Positions 27,845-37,242 are shown, counted from the first letter of the stretch. The stretch: DNA of 42,447 nt from Candidatus Thorarchaeota archaeon (GCA_048884785.1 JBHLQM010000025.1:1-42447), one strand, 5' to 3'. Translations and numbers: made by a program. Notes: generated from the sequence alone by a model not told the origin.

Positions 27845-28708
27845 ATGACACTAGAAGTTGCTATCCCTGACACATCACTGACAGACTGTCCTGACCTTAG
27901 ACAGAAGACTATGAAGATTGGACAACTAGCCAGAGCCTTTTCTGTATTCAAGGTTGAAAATGTGATAATATACAAAACCACCTCCGAAGGGAAAATGCAA
28001 AGAGACAGTGTTCTTCTTGAGAGAATGCTTCGCTACATGGATACCCCTCAGTATCTTAGGAGAGGGGCCTTTTCGATGTCACCATCACTAAAGTATGCAG
28101 GTACATTGCCACCTTTACGTACGAGAAGCCATCCCATTGAAACCAAGGTTTCCTCGGTTTTGGATGGTGAGGTACGATGGGGTCTGCAAGCAAGTCCTGG
28201 AAAAGTGGACATAGGCCTCGATCAGCTAATCGACTATGAACCATCACTAAGCACCCGAGACCCTACCCTTTTCAGACTCAAGAGGGTGAATGGGACACTT
28301 CAACTTGAAAAGACAGAACGACCCTCGCTCGATTTCTACTTTGGATTTGATGTGAAGGTGGTAGAAGACATTACAGAATATCTCAGAAACCAAGCATCAA
28401 AAACTAGGATTGCGCTATCGCGGCAAGGTCCGCCCTATGCTAGTATCGAGTTCGATATCAAATCAGTTGTTGAGAATACGCGAAATCTAATAGCAATCTT
28501 CGGTGGGCCAAAGCATGGCATTCGAGAATTAGTGGGCGCCAAGAAGACTCAATTAAAATCGGTCATTGATTTTTGGACAAATACAGTAAATGATCAAGGT
28601 ACTGAAACAGTTAGGATTGAAGAAGCTATGTGGATTAGCCTTTCTTTATTCAACAATTCCTTTGGTTCCACAATAACAAAACCTGGGTTCTATGTGTTCA
28701 AGAAATAA
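27845..28708 (+). CDS. SPOUT RNA methyltransferase (MTH1/DUF171/C9orf114 family)
   Basis: AIPD, T.KIGQLARA, Y..TPQYLR, G.LPPL...H, FGGP..G, QGTETVRIEEA. Confidence 0.9.
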   Translation: MTLEVAIPDTSLTDCPDLRQKTMKIGQLARAFSVFKVENVIIYKTTSEGKMQRDSVLLERMLRYMDTPQYLRRGAFSMSPSLKYAGTLPPLRTRSHPIETKVSSVLDGEVRWGLQASPGKVDIGLDQLIDYEPSLSTRDPTLFRLKRVNGTLQLEKTERPSLDFYFGFDVKVVEDITEYLRNQASKTRIALSRQGPPYASIEFDIKSVVENTRNLIAIFGGPKHGIRELVGAKKTQLKSVIDFWTNTVNDQGTETVRIEEAMWISLSLFNNSFGSTITKPGFYVFKK

Positions 28709-28759
28709 TGTTGCTGAACCAATGGCAACCACATAGCCATTAGTCCAGCTTAAGACTCT

Positions 28760-29959
28760 CTAAAAATCAGGAGCTCTTTGTCCAGCCCACTTTGGCATTT
28801 TTTTCATGGCTGGATCATAGCCATCCAAGACATATCGCCCAAGAATTAGACGTTGGATTTCACTTGTGCCTTCGTATATCTGATACAGTTTTGCATCTCG
28901 GAATAGTTTCTCAAGAGGATATTGATCTATGTACCCATACCCTCCGTGTACCTGCACAGCTTCACTAGCACACCACATAGCTGCATCCGTTGCATACGCT
29001 TTTGCCACACTTGCTGGTATAGTTGAATCTGAGGTGTTATCAGCAGCCCAAGCTGCCTTGAGATAGAGAAGCCGTGATGCTTCAATTCTCATGTACATCT
29101 CAGCCAATTTGAACTGAATGACTTGAAAGTCCCTAAGCTTTTGATCGAATGCTTCTCGTTTGTTGACATACTCCCTTGCGTATTCCATGGCTGAACGTGC
29201 AAGTCCTGTGGCAAAGGCCGCGATAGCAGGACGAGTCATAGCAAAAGTACGCATTGCAATTTTGAATCCCATACCTTCTGCACCAAGGATGTTCTCTGCC
29301 GGAACCTTGGCATCTCTAAACATGACAGACCCGGTAGCCGAAGCTCGGTGTCCCATCTTCTCTATTTTGCGACCTGTCTTGACGCCTGGAGTATCTGCAT
29401 CAACAATGAATGCACAGAGAGCTTTATGCCTCTGGCTAGGATTTAGAGTCGCAAACACTGTAAAGTAATCTGCATAAGGTGCATTAGTAATCCAAAACTT
29501 CGAGCCATTGAGAATATAGTAGTCCCCTTCCCTTTTCGCAGTCGTCTTAATTCCTGCAACATCACTACCCATACCAGGCTCAGAACATGCAAAGGACACC
29601 AACTTTGGTTCTTCCACAAGTGGCCGAAGGTATTTCTCCTTCTGTTCCGATGTCCCAGCAACCATTATAGGCTCAGGACCTAGCTGATTGGCAAATATAC
29701 TGGTGGTCATTCCAGCGCAACCCGCTGCCATTTCCTCAACAACTATGCAAGCATCAACTAATCCTCGACCCGGACCTCCGTATTCTTTCGGGATTCCCAG
29801 ATTCATAAGCCCAGCTTCCCATGCCTTCCTGATTATCGGTATAGGAAACTCGCCAGTCTTGTCGTAATAAGAGGCGTATGGGAGCATATACTCTTGGGCG
29901 AAATCCCTCGCCTTTTTCTGTAGTTCAGTCTGTTCATCTGTCATTAAGAAACCTATCAT
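28760..29959 (-). CDS. Acyl-CoA dehydrogenase (short/medium chain type)
   Basis: SEPGMGSD, NGSKFWITN, KMGHR, QVHGGYGY, IYEGTSEIQR. Confidence 0.95.
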   Translation of the reverse strand: MIGFLMTDEQTELQKKARDFAQEYMLPYASYYDKTGEFPIPIIRKAWEAGLMNLGIPKEYGGPGRGLVDACIVVEEMAAGCAGMTTSIFANQLGPEPIMVAGTSEQKEKYLRPLVEEPKLVSFACSEPGMGSDVAGIKTTAKREGDYYILNGSKFWITNAPYADYFTVFATLNPSQRHKALCAFIVDADTPGVKTGRKIEKMGHRASATGSVMFRDAKVPAENILGAEGMGFKIAMRTFAMTRPAIAAFATGLARSAMEYAREYVNKREAFDQKLRDFQVIQFKLAEMYMRIEASRLLYLKAAWAADNTSDSTIPASVAKAYATDAAMWCASEAVQVHGGYGYIDQYPLEKLFRDAKLYQIYEGTSEIQRLILGRYVLDGYDPAMKKMPKWAGQRAPDF

Positions 29960-30045
29960 ATCACAAGCCACCCAATACCTGAAACTGAGTGACATACTAT
30001 AAGTCCCTTTTGAAAGGGCTGATTATACAGTCTGTATAACCCGTT

Positions 30046-32310
30046 CTATTTCAGAGATGCGAGGTGCCGAACTACCTCCGGTAGATGCCACTTCAAGTCC
30101 AGCTCCAGAGCTCCGCCGTTTGGACCTGGACATCGCCTGACACATGTTCGACAAGCTACACACAGCCAAAGATCCACGTCCACACTGCCAAAACCGGGTT
30201 TGTCTTCTTCGAATTCTATTTGCTTTGTTGGCTTCACCGCTGCAAGAGACCTAATCGTCCTGTAGAGCATAGCCTTGTTGACCGGATGGATCTCGATATC
30301 CTCACTTGACATTTCAAAATACTGTGGCAGATCAATGGTCGGATTCAACTCAATTGCATCTTCTGGACATGAAATTTCACACGACTTACAGCCAAGGCAT
30401 TTCTTCTCATCCCATTCTACTGTTCCAAACCCGAGAAGCGGAGCATATCCCATCATACTTCTATATTCATCAAGAACAGATGGAACATCCACATCCATGA
30501 GATCATCAATTGTGACCTTAGGGCGCGTGCTAGGAAGTCTTGCACGAGTACGATAACTCATCGAAACAGCCGTTTTGATTGTGTCTTCAATATCTGTGAG
30601 AACGATCTTGGCCACAACTATTCCATCAATCTCTATCTTCTCCATCTTGTCTCGAGCTCTGGAGAACACCTCAAGAGCATTAGTAAGCTTGCCAATTGTT
30701 TCTGCCTTTAAATCAGCAAGAATCTCATTGAAATCGCTCTTGGATTGATAGAGTTGTGATGCAAGAGTACATGCAGTCTGTAGTGCGATTTCAGCGTCAT
30801 TCAAAACCCTCGGAACGTCGTAGAGAATGTATCCGTGGTCCTCACCCACCATGGTGAGTAATTCATCACGTTTCATACGCAACAAATGACGGAGGATTCT
30901 ATCCTGAGGTATCTTGGTTCTTTCAGCAATGTTCTTGGCCGTCATTGCTCCTAACTCACGAATCAGAATGAGTATGATTCCTCTCTCTAATTCGCTATCA
31001 AGATATGAATCCATAATCTGTTTGTATTTCTCCGGATCGAGCTTCTCTCCATAAACATTCAATCCTGATACTAAATTGGGTCCTTTTTCAAGGGTGATTT
31101 TAAGCCTAAATCTGGCAAACGCTTCAAGTCCTGCTGACACAAGCAATCTCAAGTCCTCAGCATCTTCTGAGGCTTGAGAGCTTATTGCTATCTCAGCTGC
31201 TTTTTCAGTGGTCTCTCGGAGATTGGCCATGTGGTTTGCCAGCGCAGGCTCATCATACTCTCCCAGAATCTGCAGCCTTTTCAGAATGTCCTCAAGCTGA
31301 TGAAGTGCTTCTTCGGTTGAGGATTTGACATCACCGGTCAAGGTTTTTGCGATGCCTCGAAGCTGTTGAATTGCACGTTTTGTGACAAGAGTCGTATCGG
31401 GCGATTTGGCCAGCACTCTGGCAAAGACAGGAGCATCACCGTCAAGTCCTACCATTTCGACCTCTCCGCGGCCAATCATGCTTATTATGGCACTCTGCAT
31501 TTCCTGAGCTTCCATTCCCATAATCCCGGCAAGTTGAACTACGGTTTTGGATCCCATGTTATTCAGTGCGTAGATAATAAATCCGCGTCGTAATTCTAGC
31601 AGTAGATTGCCCCTAATCAAATCTAGATATCGTGAGTCGACTATTCGCTCTTCTTTCTTACCTCTCTTTATCTGTGCAGCCACGCGCAAGAAGGGTCCAT
31701 ACCTAGTCTTTGTTCCCAGCTTCTGGAGTCCCTCAAGAGCAGCATCTGGTTCAGAGTCTATATTTGAGGTCAAAGACGTATATGATTCTATCAACGAGTT
31801 CAATTCTTCTTGAGCGGCTTTCTCCTTGGCACGTGATTTCTCCTCAAATCCATCTACAACTTCTCTAACAGCATTGATGATTTGAGGTAGCTCCTTTAGA
31901 ACTGCTCCGATGTCCTGAACTTGCTCCTTCTGAACCAACTCAACACTCTTGGTCATTTCATCGAGAACAGGCTCCAATTCCTCAAGTAGATCTTTAACTC
32001 CAGAAGAGGAGGTCTTTGCAATGGCAGCCTTCAGATGCATGATTGCCTCAGTAAGGACGCCTTTATCCGCGACTCGTTTTACAAGGCCGGTCTTCTTTGA
32101 TGAATCATAGAATTCCTCATAATATTTGTCTGGGAATGCAAGAATCTCTGCAGCAAGGGGTTCCATTTCTGCCTTCAGCTGGCTGATTTCCTCATTCACT
32201 CTGCTGAGTGGAATAACAGTTTCTTCTTTCAATCCACCAAGTACCATTATCATGTCCATCATGCGTTTTCTCTTAGGCGCGAATTCCTTTGCAGCAATGT
32301 CACTACTCAT
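30046..32310 (-). CDS. Hdr-associated multidomain protein: helical/coiled-coil regions, two winged-helix repeats, C-terminal 2x[4Fe-4S] ferredoxin
   Basis: CLGCKSCEISCP and CVACRTCVRRCP; ungapped internal repeat aa 228-297 / 429-498; TAATG-coupled to hdrA-mvhD. Confidence 0.75.
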   Translation of the reverse strand: MSSDIAAKEFAPKRKRMMDMIMVLGGLKEETVIPLSRVNEEISQLKAEMEPLAAEILAFPDKYYEEFYDSSKKTGLVKRVADKGVLTEAIMHLKAAIAKTSSSGVKDLLEELEPVLDEMTKSVELVQKEQVQDIGAVLKELPQIINAVREVVDGFEEKSRAKEKAAQEELNSLIESYTSLTSNIDSEPDAALEGLQKLGTKTRYGPFLRVAAQIKRGKKEERIVDSRYLDLIRGNLLLELRRGFIIYALNNMGSKTVVQLAGIMGMEAQEMQSAIISMIGRGEVEMVGLDGDAPVFARVLAKSPDTTLVTKRAIQQLRGIAKTLTGDVKSSTEEALHQLEDILKRLQILGEYDEPALANHMANLRETTEKAAEIAISSQASEDAEDLRLLVSAGLEAFARFRLKITLEKGPNLVSGLNVYGEKLDPEKYKQIMDSYLDSELERGIILILIRELGAMTAKNIAERTKIPQDRILRHLLRMKRDELLTMVGEDHGYILYDVPRVLNDAEIALQTACTLASQLYQSKSDFNEILADLKAETIGKLTNALEVFSRARDKMEKIEIDGIVVAKIVLTDIEDTIKTAVSMSYRTRARLPSTRPKVTIDDLMDVDVPSVLDEYRSMMGYAPLLGFGTVEWDEKKCLGCKSCEISCPEDAIELNPTIDLPQYFEMSSEDIEIHPVNKAMLYRTIRSLAAVKPTKQIEFEEDKPGFGSVDVDLWLCVACRTCVRRCPGPNGGALELDLKWHLPEVVRHLASLK

Positions 32311-34472
32311 TATTCAGCCTCCATCCATTTTCCTGCTGTTCCCTTATGAACCGGAGTTGGACCCAATTTCTGACTTCGTTTGACCATCTCATTTATTGCG
32401 TTGGTAAAGCGATCAGGTTCCGCACTGAACATTCTAAATAACTCAACTCGTTCTCCCTCCCATCCGATTGCATTCAGAATTTCGCGTGCCACGTCTACTT
32501 GAACTTGGGCAATCTCATTTCCAGTACCACCAATGTGACATCTATCCACTTCGCAAGCTGCGATCATCACTGTACTCGCACCATTCTCAAATGCCTTTAG
32601 AATGTCAATTATACTCACACGCCCAGCACATGGTACTGCTATCAGCCGAGTGTTACTTGGATACTGCATTCGTCTTGTCCCTACAATATCAATCGTGGAA
32701 ACGGAGCACTCTTCACAATAGAAACATACTGTAATAGGATTCTCTGGACCCGCATCTGTCAAGACTGCATCGACCTGAGACCACAACTGCTCATTTCCCA
32801 AGAAGTTTAGCTGAGTTGCACCTGAGGGACAAAGACTCTGACAGACTCCACAAGCGTGACAATTCAATGTATCAATTGAGGCTTTGAAGAGTATCTTCTG
32901 TTCCTCATCGAGCTCTTCCTCTTCAGTCTGTTCGATCATGAGAGGCACACCACGTGGACACTGCTGTGCACAGAGACTGCATCCCACGCAATCATCCACG
33001 TTTAAGACCGCACCGCGAGCAATAGACTGGATATTTCCATTCTGCAATTCGTTATGCAAAACCAGCGATGCCGCTTGAGAATCCGTTACTGCTTCAAAGA
33101 CGAACTGAGGTCTGGTTACGCCCCCGACTGCAACAACACCGCGACGGCGAGTTTCGTTTCTTCGTAGTTTTCCATATAGTTCTTTGATATGTCCATCATC
33201 CTCAATCGCAAATCCGAGAGTTTCAGAGAGTTCAGTCATGCCTTTAGGTGGCAAGATGGCTGCTGAAAGGACTAAGAGGTCTGTGGGGATCTCAAAATAC
33301 TGATTGAGCAAGGAATCGTATATCTTGACATAGGTTTGTCCCTCTTTTTCCCAGACCATACTTACGCGTCCACGAATATAGTCCACTCCCAACCTTCTTG
33401 ATTCCTGATATATGAGCTCATTCTCAAATGGAACCCTAATATCCATGTAGACAATCTTGACTCGAATCTCTGGATGACTCTTAAGAATCTCAGTTGCATT
33501 ATCTATGGCGAATGTACAACATAGTTTGCTGCAGTCTCTTTTGTAGTCCTCAGACCGACTTCCAACGCATTGAACCATAACAATCTCTTTTATTTCTCCA
33601 TCATTGGAAGGTTTCTTGAACTCGCCAGCGGACAGCATACACGCGAGTTCATACTGCGTTATCACATCCGGTATCTTGCCGTATCCATACTCATCCATCA
33701 TAACTGGCTTGAATTCCCTAAAACCTGTGGCCATCACAATCGCAGATGTTTGAAGGGTTTCTTCATTACCATCATGAAGGTAATGCACCGTGAAATCTCC
33801 CATTTCCCCCTCAAAGAATTTGACTGTACTCTTGGTCATTACTGTAATTTGCTTGCTATTATCAAGAGCCTCGAGCCGTCCATTTAGTATCTCTCTGCCA
33901 GATTTACCTGTAGGGGCTACGACTGGTAGATTCAAGACATGCCCACCTAGTTTGTCATCCAGCTCCAATAGAGTCACGCTGTATCCTAAGCCATCTAGAC
34001 TCAGAGCCGCTTCTATTCCTGCAATGCCTCCACCTATCACAGTAACGTGACTAGGAATCTCTTTCTTCTCAATCTGAAGGGAATTTGAATAGGCTGCCGC
34101 TGCAACGCCTCCTCGAAGCATTGCCAGAGACTTCTGACTTGCTTCTTGCGAATCCGAATGAACCCATGCAGAGTGTTCTCGAATGTTTACATACCGACAG
34201 CGAGACGGGTCTAGACTCTCACCTCTGAGATACAAATCAACTCTTGGCTGCAGTTTCTGGTTAGTACATGCACCAATTACAAGCCGTCCGCTGTTCTTCT
34301 CTACAAGATCTGCAATCTTCTGTAGTCCGTCGTCTTGGCAGCATGTATCATGAATGATTACTGAGGACACCTGTGGCGTCTTCTTTAGTTCAGATACCAG
34401 AAAGTCATAATCAAGACTGAGCTGCTTGCCACAGGTACACAACAGCACAGACACTTTCTCTTTGTCAGTCAT
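32310..34472 (-). CDS. hdrA: HdrA-like flavoprotein fused to MvhD (QmoB-like architecture)
   Basis: CTCG, NIREH.AWVH, GGGIAG, QCVGSR...CSKLCC, two CxxCxxCxxxCP motifs, MvhD domain FYCEEC...VPCAGR...AC....CH; start trimmed to ATG 34472. Confidence 0.9.
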   Translation of the reverse strand: MTDKEKVSVLLCTCGKQLSLDYDFLVSELKKTPQVSSVIIHDTCCQDDGLQKIADLVEKNSGRLVIGACTNQKLQPRVDLYLRGESLDPSRCRYVNIREHSAWVHSDSQEASQKSLAMLRGGVAAAAYSNSLQIEKKEIPSHVTVIGGGIAGIEAALSLDGLGYSVTLLELDDKLGGHVLNLPVVAPTGKSGREILNGRLEALDNSKQITVMTKSTVKFFEGEMGDFTVHYLHDGNEETLQTSAIVMATGFREFKPVMMDEYGYGKIPDVITQYELACMLSAGEFKKPSNDGEIKEIVMVQCVGSRSEDYKRDCSKLCCTFAIDNATEILKSHPEIRVKIVYMDIRVPFENELIYQESRRLGVDYIRGRVSMVWEKEGQTYVKIYDSLLNQYFEIPTDLLVLSAAILPPKGMTELSETLGFAIEDDGHIKELYGKLRRNETRRRGVVAVGGVTRPQFVFEAVTDSQAASLVLHNELQNGNIQSIARGAVLNVDDCVGCSLCAQQCPRGVPLMIEQTEEEELDEEQKILFKASIDTLNCHACGVCQSLCPSGATQLNFLGNEQLWSQVDAVLTDAGPENPITVCFYCEECSVSTIDIVGTRRMQYPSNTRLIAVPCAGRVSIIDILKAFENGASTVMIAACEVDRCHIGGTGNEIAQVQVDVAREILNAIGWEGERVELFRMFSAEPDRFTNAINEMVKRSQKLGPTPVHKGTAGKWMEAE

Positions 34473-34476
34473 TGTT

Positions 34477-35724
34477 TCACTTCCGGTCCTGAAGAATTCT
34501 TGATACCACTGCCCGTGCTTGGGTAACAGACTCAGGAACTTCTGCAGGTCCCAATGCTGTTCCGCATGCATAGACATGATCCCCAGCAACGACCTCGTTT
34601 TCTGAAACAGGGTCTGCTGGCGCAATGAATCCGCTTGCCACATTTAGCCCAAGTGACTCGATTATCTTGTTTCCGTCCGCAGGTGGTTCAAGTGCAGAAG
34701 AAAGAACAAATAGATCTACAACAAATTTCAGGTAGGTATCCAGCAACGAGTCATACACGATAACTTCAACTACATCATCTCGTGGCTGGACTCTAGTGAT
34801 TCTTCCGCGGATAAACTCGATACCATTTTCTCTTGCCTCACGGTAGTAGCGTTCGTGTCGATCATATGTTCGAATATCCATGTATACCACGCTTACTTGA
34901 TGGGCATCGCGCTCCTCAACCATGATATTTGCATGTTTCAAAGCGAAAACACAACAAATCTTTGAGCAATACGGGTAGTAGTTTTCGTCCCTGCTCCCAA
35001 CACATTGAACCATCATAACATGTTTTGCAGGCTTCCCGTCAGATGGTCGGACCAAGCGCCCTCCTGTGGTGCCATTTGGATCTAATAGCTGCGCCAACTC
35101 AAGCTGGGTGATGATGTTCGGGTGCTTTCCATATGAGTACTCGTCTATGTTGACAGGTTTCATTTCATGATAACCAGTTGCAACAATGATGTCAGACACT
35201 TTGACAACTTCTTCTCGAGGTTGTGCTTTTAGATCGATGGCTTTGGTTGGACATTCCTCAGCAGCTTTCTGTATTCCATCATCGGCTTTTTCGGGGTCAT
35301 AAATCACTGCTTGAGGTTGGCATTGCGGCGATACCAATGAGAACGCCTTAGAATGTTCAATGCAGACCCCGCACATGATGCACTTCTTTGCGCTTACGAA
35401 TTCAGGGCCCATGTGTATAGTAACCTCGAATTTACCAGGTACTCCAGAGATTTCGTTGACATATGAGTTAACCCTGAGATCTATGTTTGGCTGGTCTATC
35501 AAAGCACTTCTATAGAAGCATTTTCTGATGCCAGGACGCCAACGATTGCCTTCGAAACAGTAAAAGCAATCGTCTGTTGGAAATGCTTTGTAGAGGTCGA
35601 GTGCATTACCTCCAACTGTGGGAAGCCTTTCCACAACAATAGCTTTCACTCCGGAGTCAGCAAGCTCCACTGCCGCTGTAAGACCCGCAACGCCAGCGCC
35701 TATGATAAGGACCGGACTTGTCAT
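34477..35724 (-). CDS. hdrA: Short HdrA-like flavoprotein (QmoA-like length)
   Basis: GAGVAG, K.FPTDDCFYC, QCVGSR...CSKICC, YMDIRT; lacks the N-terminal Fe-S domain and C-terminal ferredoxin. Confidence 0.9.
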   Translation of the reverse strand: MTSPVLIIGAGVAGLTAAVELADSGVKAIVVERLPTVGGNALDLYKAFPTDDCFYCFEGNRWRPGIRKCFYRSALIDQPNIDLRVNSYVNEISGVPGKFEVTIHMGPEFVSAKKCIMCGVCIEHSKAFSLVSPQCQPQAVIYDPEKADDGIQKAAEECPTKAIDLKAQPREEVVKVSDIIVATGYHEMKPVNIDEYSYGKHPNIITQLELAQLLDPNGTTGGRLVRPSDGKPAKHVMMVQCVGSRDENYYPYCSKICCVFALKHANIMVEERDAHQVSVVYMDIRTYDRHERYYREARENGIEFIRGRITRVQPRDDVVEVIVYDSLLDTYLKFVVDLFVLSSALEPPADGNKIIESLGLNVASGFIAPADPVSENEVVAGDHVYACGTALGPAEVPESVTQARAVVSRILQDRK

Positions 35725-35737
35725 TAACTACCACATC

Positions 35738-36604
35738 CTACTCTGTTAGATGGTCAATAATTGGATCCGCTGTCACCCGATTCATAGAAAGACCCACATC
35801 GTCTTCATCCAATCCTATGGCAAGTCCGAGTATCTGGGGATACAACAATATCGGAAGATTGTACTCCTCGCCATATGAGTCCTTGAGTCCTAACTGCTGC
35901 AAATCAAGCTGGTTTGTACACGCAGGGCATACTGTTGTTGCGAACACCGCACCAGCTTCTGTCATTGATTTCAGTTTATCTCGGGCAAGTCTAATTGCCA
36001 AATTCTCATTTACTGGAAGCACAGTTGCACCACAACATTGTTTCCACAGTGGATAGTCAATAACCGTTGCACCAGTGACTTTGACAAGCTCCTCTAGTAT
36101 GTGAGGAGAAAACTCTGTCACATCCTCCGGCCTTAGAAGATGACATCCATAATGAATTGCCACACCCACACCATCGAGCGGTTTTGAAACTCTCTTTTGA
36201 ATCTCTTCAATACCAATATCTGTGTAGAGTGCCTCCACAAAATGCCTTGGTCTGGCCGTTCCTTTGAATTCCAGGCCTTCTTTCTTCAAGATCTCATTGA
36301 CCTTCTTCTTGTAGTCCTTATCATGCTTGAGAAAATGATATGCATCTTTTAGGGATGCAAAACACCCATTACATGGTGTGACTATGTCATGTCCGTTCTT
36401 CTCAGCGATTGCCAAGGTTCTAGCGTTTACAGTCAGCCAACCCATGTAATCCATTGACCGAAGATTCGGACTGCCACAACAGGCGACATTTTCTAGATAC
36501 TCTAGTGTCATTCCAAATTCTGAGGCAACTTTGATCATAGCGGCCTCATAATTCGGGTAGTTTGCTGGAACGCTGCATCCCATGTACAAATTATACGATG
36601 GCAT
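35738..36604 (-). CDS. hdrB: Heterodisulfide reductase subunit B
   Basis: Two CCG domains: GC...CCG...CNGC and HYGCH...CCG...CPAC; ATG 36604 after SD GGAGG. Confidence 0.94.
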   Translation of the reverse strand: MPSYNLYMGCSVPANYPNYEAAMIKVASEFGMTLEYLENVACCGSPNLRSMDYMGWLTVNARTLAIAEKNGHDIVTPCNGCFASLKDAYHFLKHDKDYKKKVNEILKKEGLEFKGTARPRHFVEALYTDIGIEEIQKRVSKPLDGVGVAIHYGCHLLRPEDVTEFSPHILEELVKVTGATVIDYPLWKQCCGATVLPVNENLAIRLARDKLKSMTEAGAVFATTVCPACTNQLDLQQLGLKDSYGEEYNLPILLYPQILGLAIGLDEDDVGLSMNRVTADPIIDHLTE

Positions 36605-36605
36605 T

Positions 36606-37154
36606 TCAATCCAGCCCTCCCACAATCTTGCCTGTTCTTGTATCCTTGATGATTGATTTCATTCCATCAGTTGACAATCCTGGTACAGAGGGCTCCAGAC
36701 CCATATCTTCTCGCTCCCAGTCTGCAGTCACAACATAGAGCTGTCCTTTTTCAAGAAGTTCTTTTGCAAGGCCTACAATATTAGGTGGAATCTTGCCTGC
36801 TTCAGCAGCTAGGTTCTTACAATCAAAGAATATGTCTGTCACACGGACTTTTTGCGGGCATCGTTCTTGACATTGAAAACATGTCAAACATAACCATATC
36901 TCATCGGATGAGAGGACTTCTTCACGCATTCCCAAAATTATCATTCTAATCAATTGATGCGGCTTGTATCTCCAAGAATTCGCAATGGGACAAGCTGCTG
37001 TACAAGTAGAACATGCGAAACAAGCAAAAAGCTCTTCGCCGTTTGGCATGCTTTTAATCTCGTCCTTGAATTTAGAATCAAGCTTGGACATATCAATGGG
37101 ATCGACCATCACAGCCGGAGGGCCTTCCTTTTCATTCACTTCGGTCATGACCAC
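36606..37154 (-). CDS. hdrC: Heterodisulfide reductase subunit C
   Basis: CFACSTCTAACP, IWLCLTCFQCQERCPQ. Confidence 0.94.
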   Translation of the reverse strand: MVMTEVNEKEGPPAVMVDPIDMSKLDSKFKDEIKSMPNGEELFACFACSTCTAACPIANSWRYKPHQLIRMIILGMREEVLSSDEIWLCLTCFQCQERCPQKVRVTDIFFDCKNLAAEAGKIPPNIVGLAKELLEKGQLYVVTADWEREDMGLEPSVPGLSTDGMKSIIKDTRTGKIVGGLD

Positions 37155-37211
37155 TGGACCACCTTTGTATTGACTGATGAGCTAAGTAGCTGGTAGAGCG
37201 AAATTCAAGCC

Positions 37212-37227
37212 TATATTAAAAGTTTCC
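37212..37227 (-). promoter_or_regulatory. Putative BRE/TATA promoter of hdr operon
   Basis: Minus strand GGAAAC-TTTTAATATA about 60 nt upstream of hdrC. Confidence 0.55.
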
Positions 37228-37242
37228 AAAGCCCGAGCGACC

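Noticed and set aside
34472-34643. Frameshifted single hdrA (ORF-track overlap)
   Set aside because: Each ORF has its own FAD-binding and CVGSR/CC motifs; the likely start at 34472 lies 4 nt after the upstream stop, so they are two paralogs
32310-37154. Selenocysteine recoding in Hdr/MvhD
   Set aside because: No in-frame TGA interrupts these frames; the ligands present are encoded as Cys
32310-37154. Evidence for methanogenesis or sulfate reduction
   Set aside because: No mcr/mtr or sat/apr/dsr/qmoC genes in the window; Hdr modules are widespread in other anaerobes
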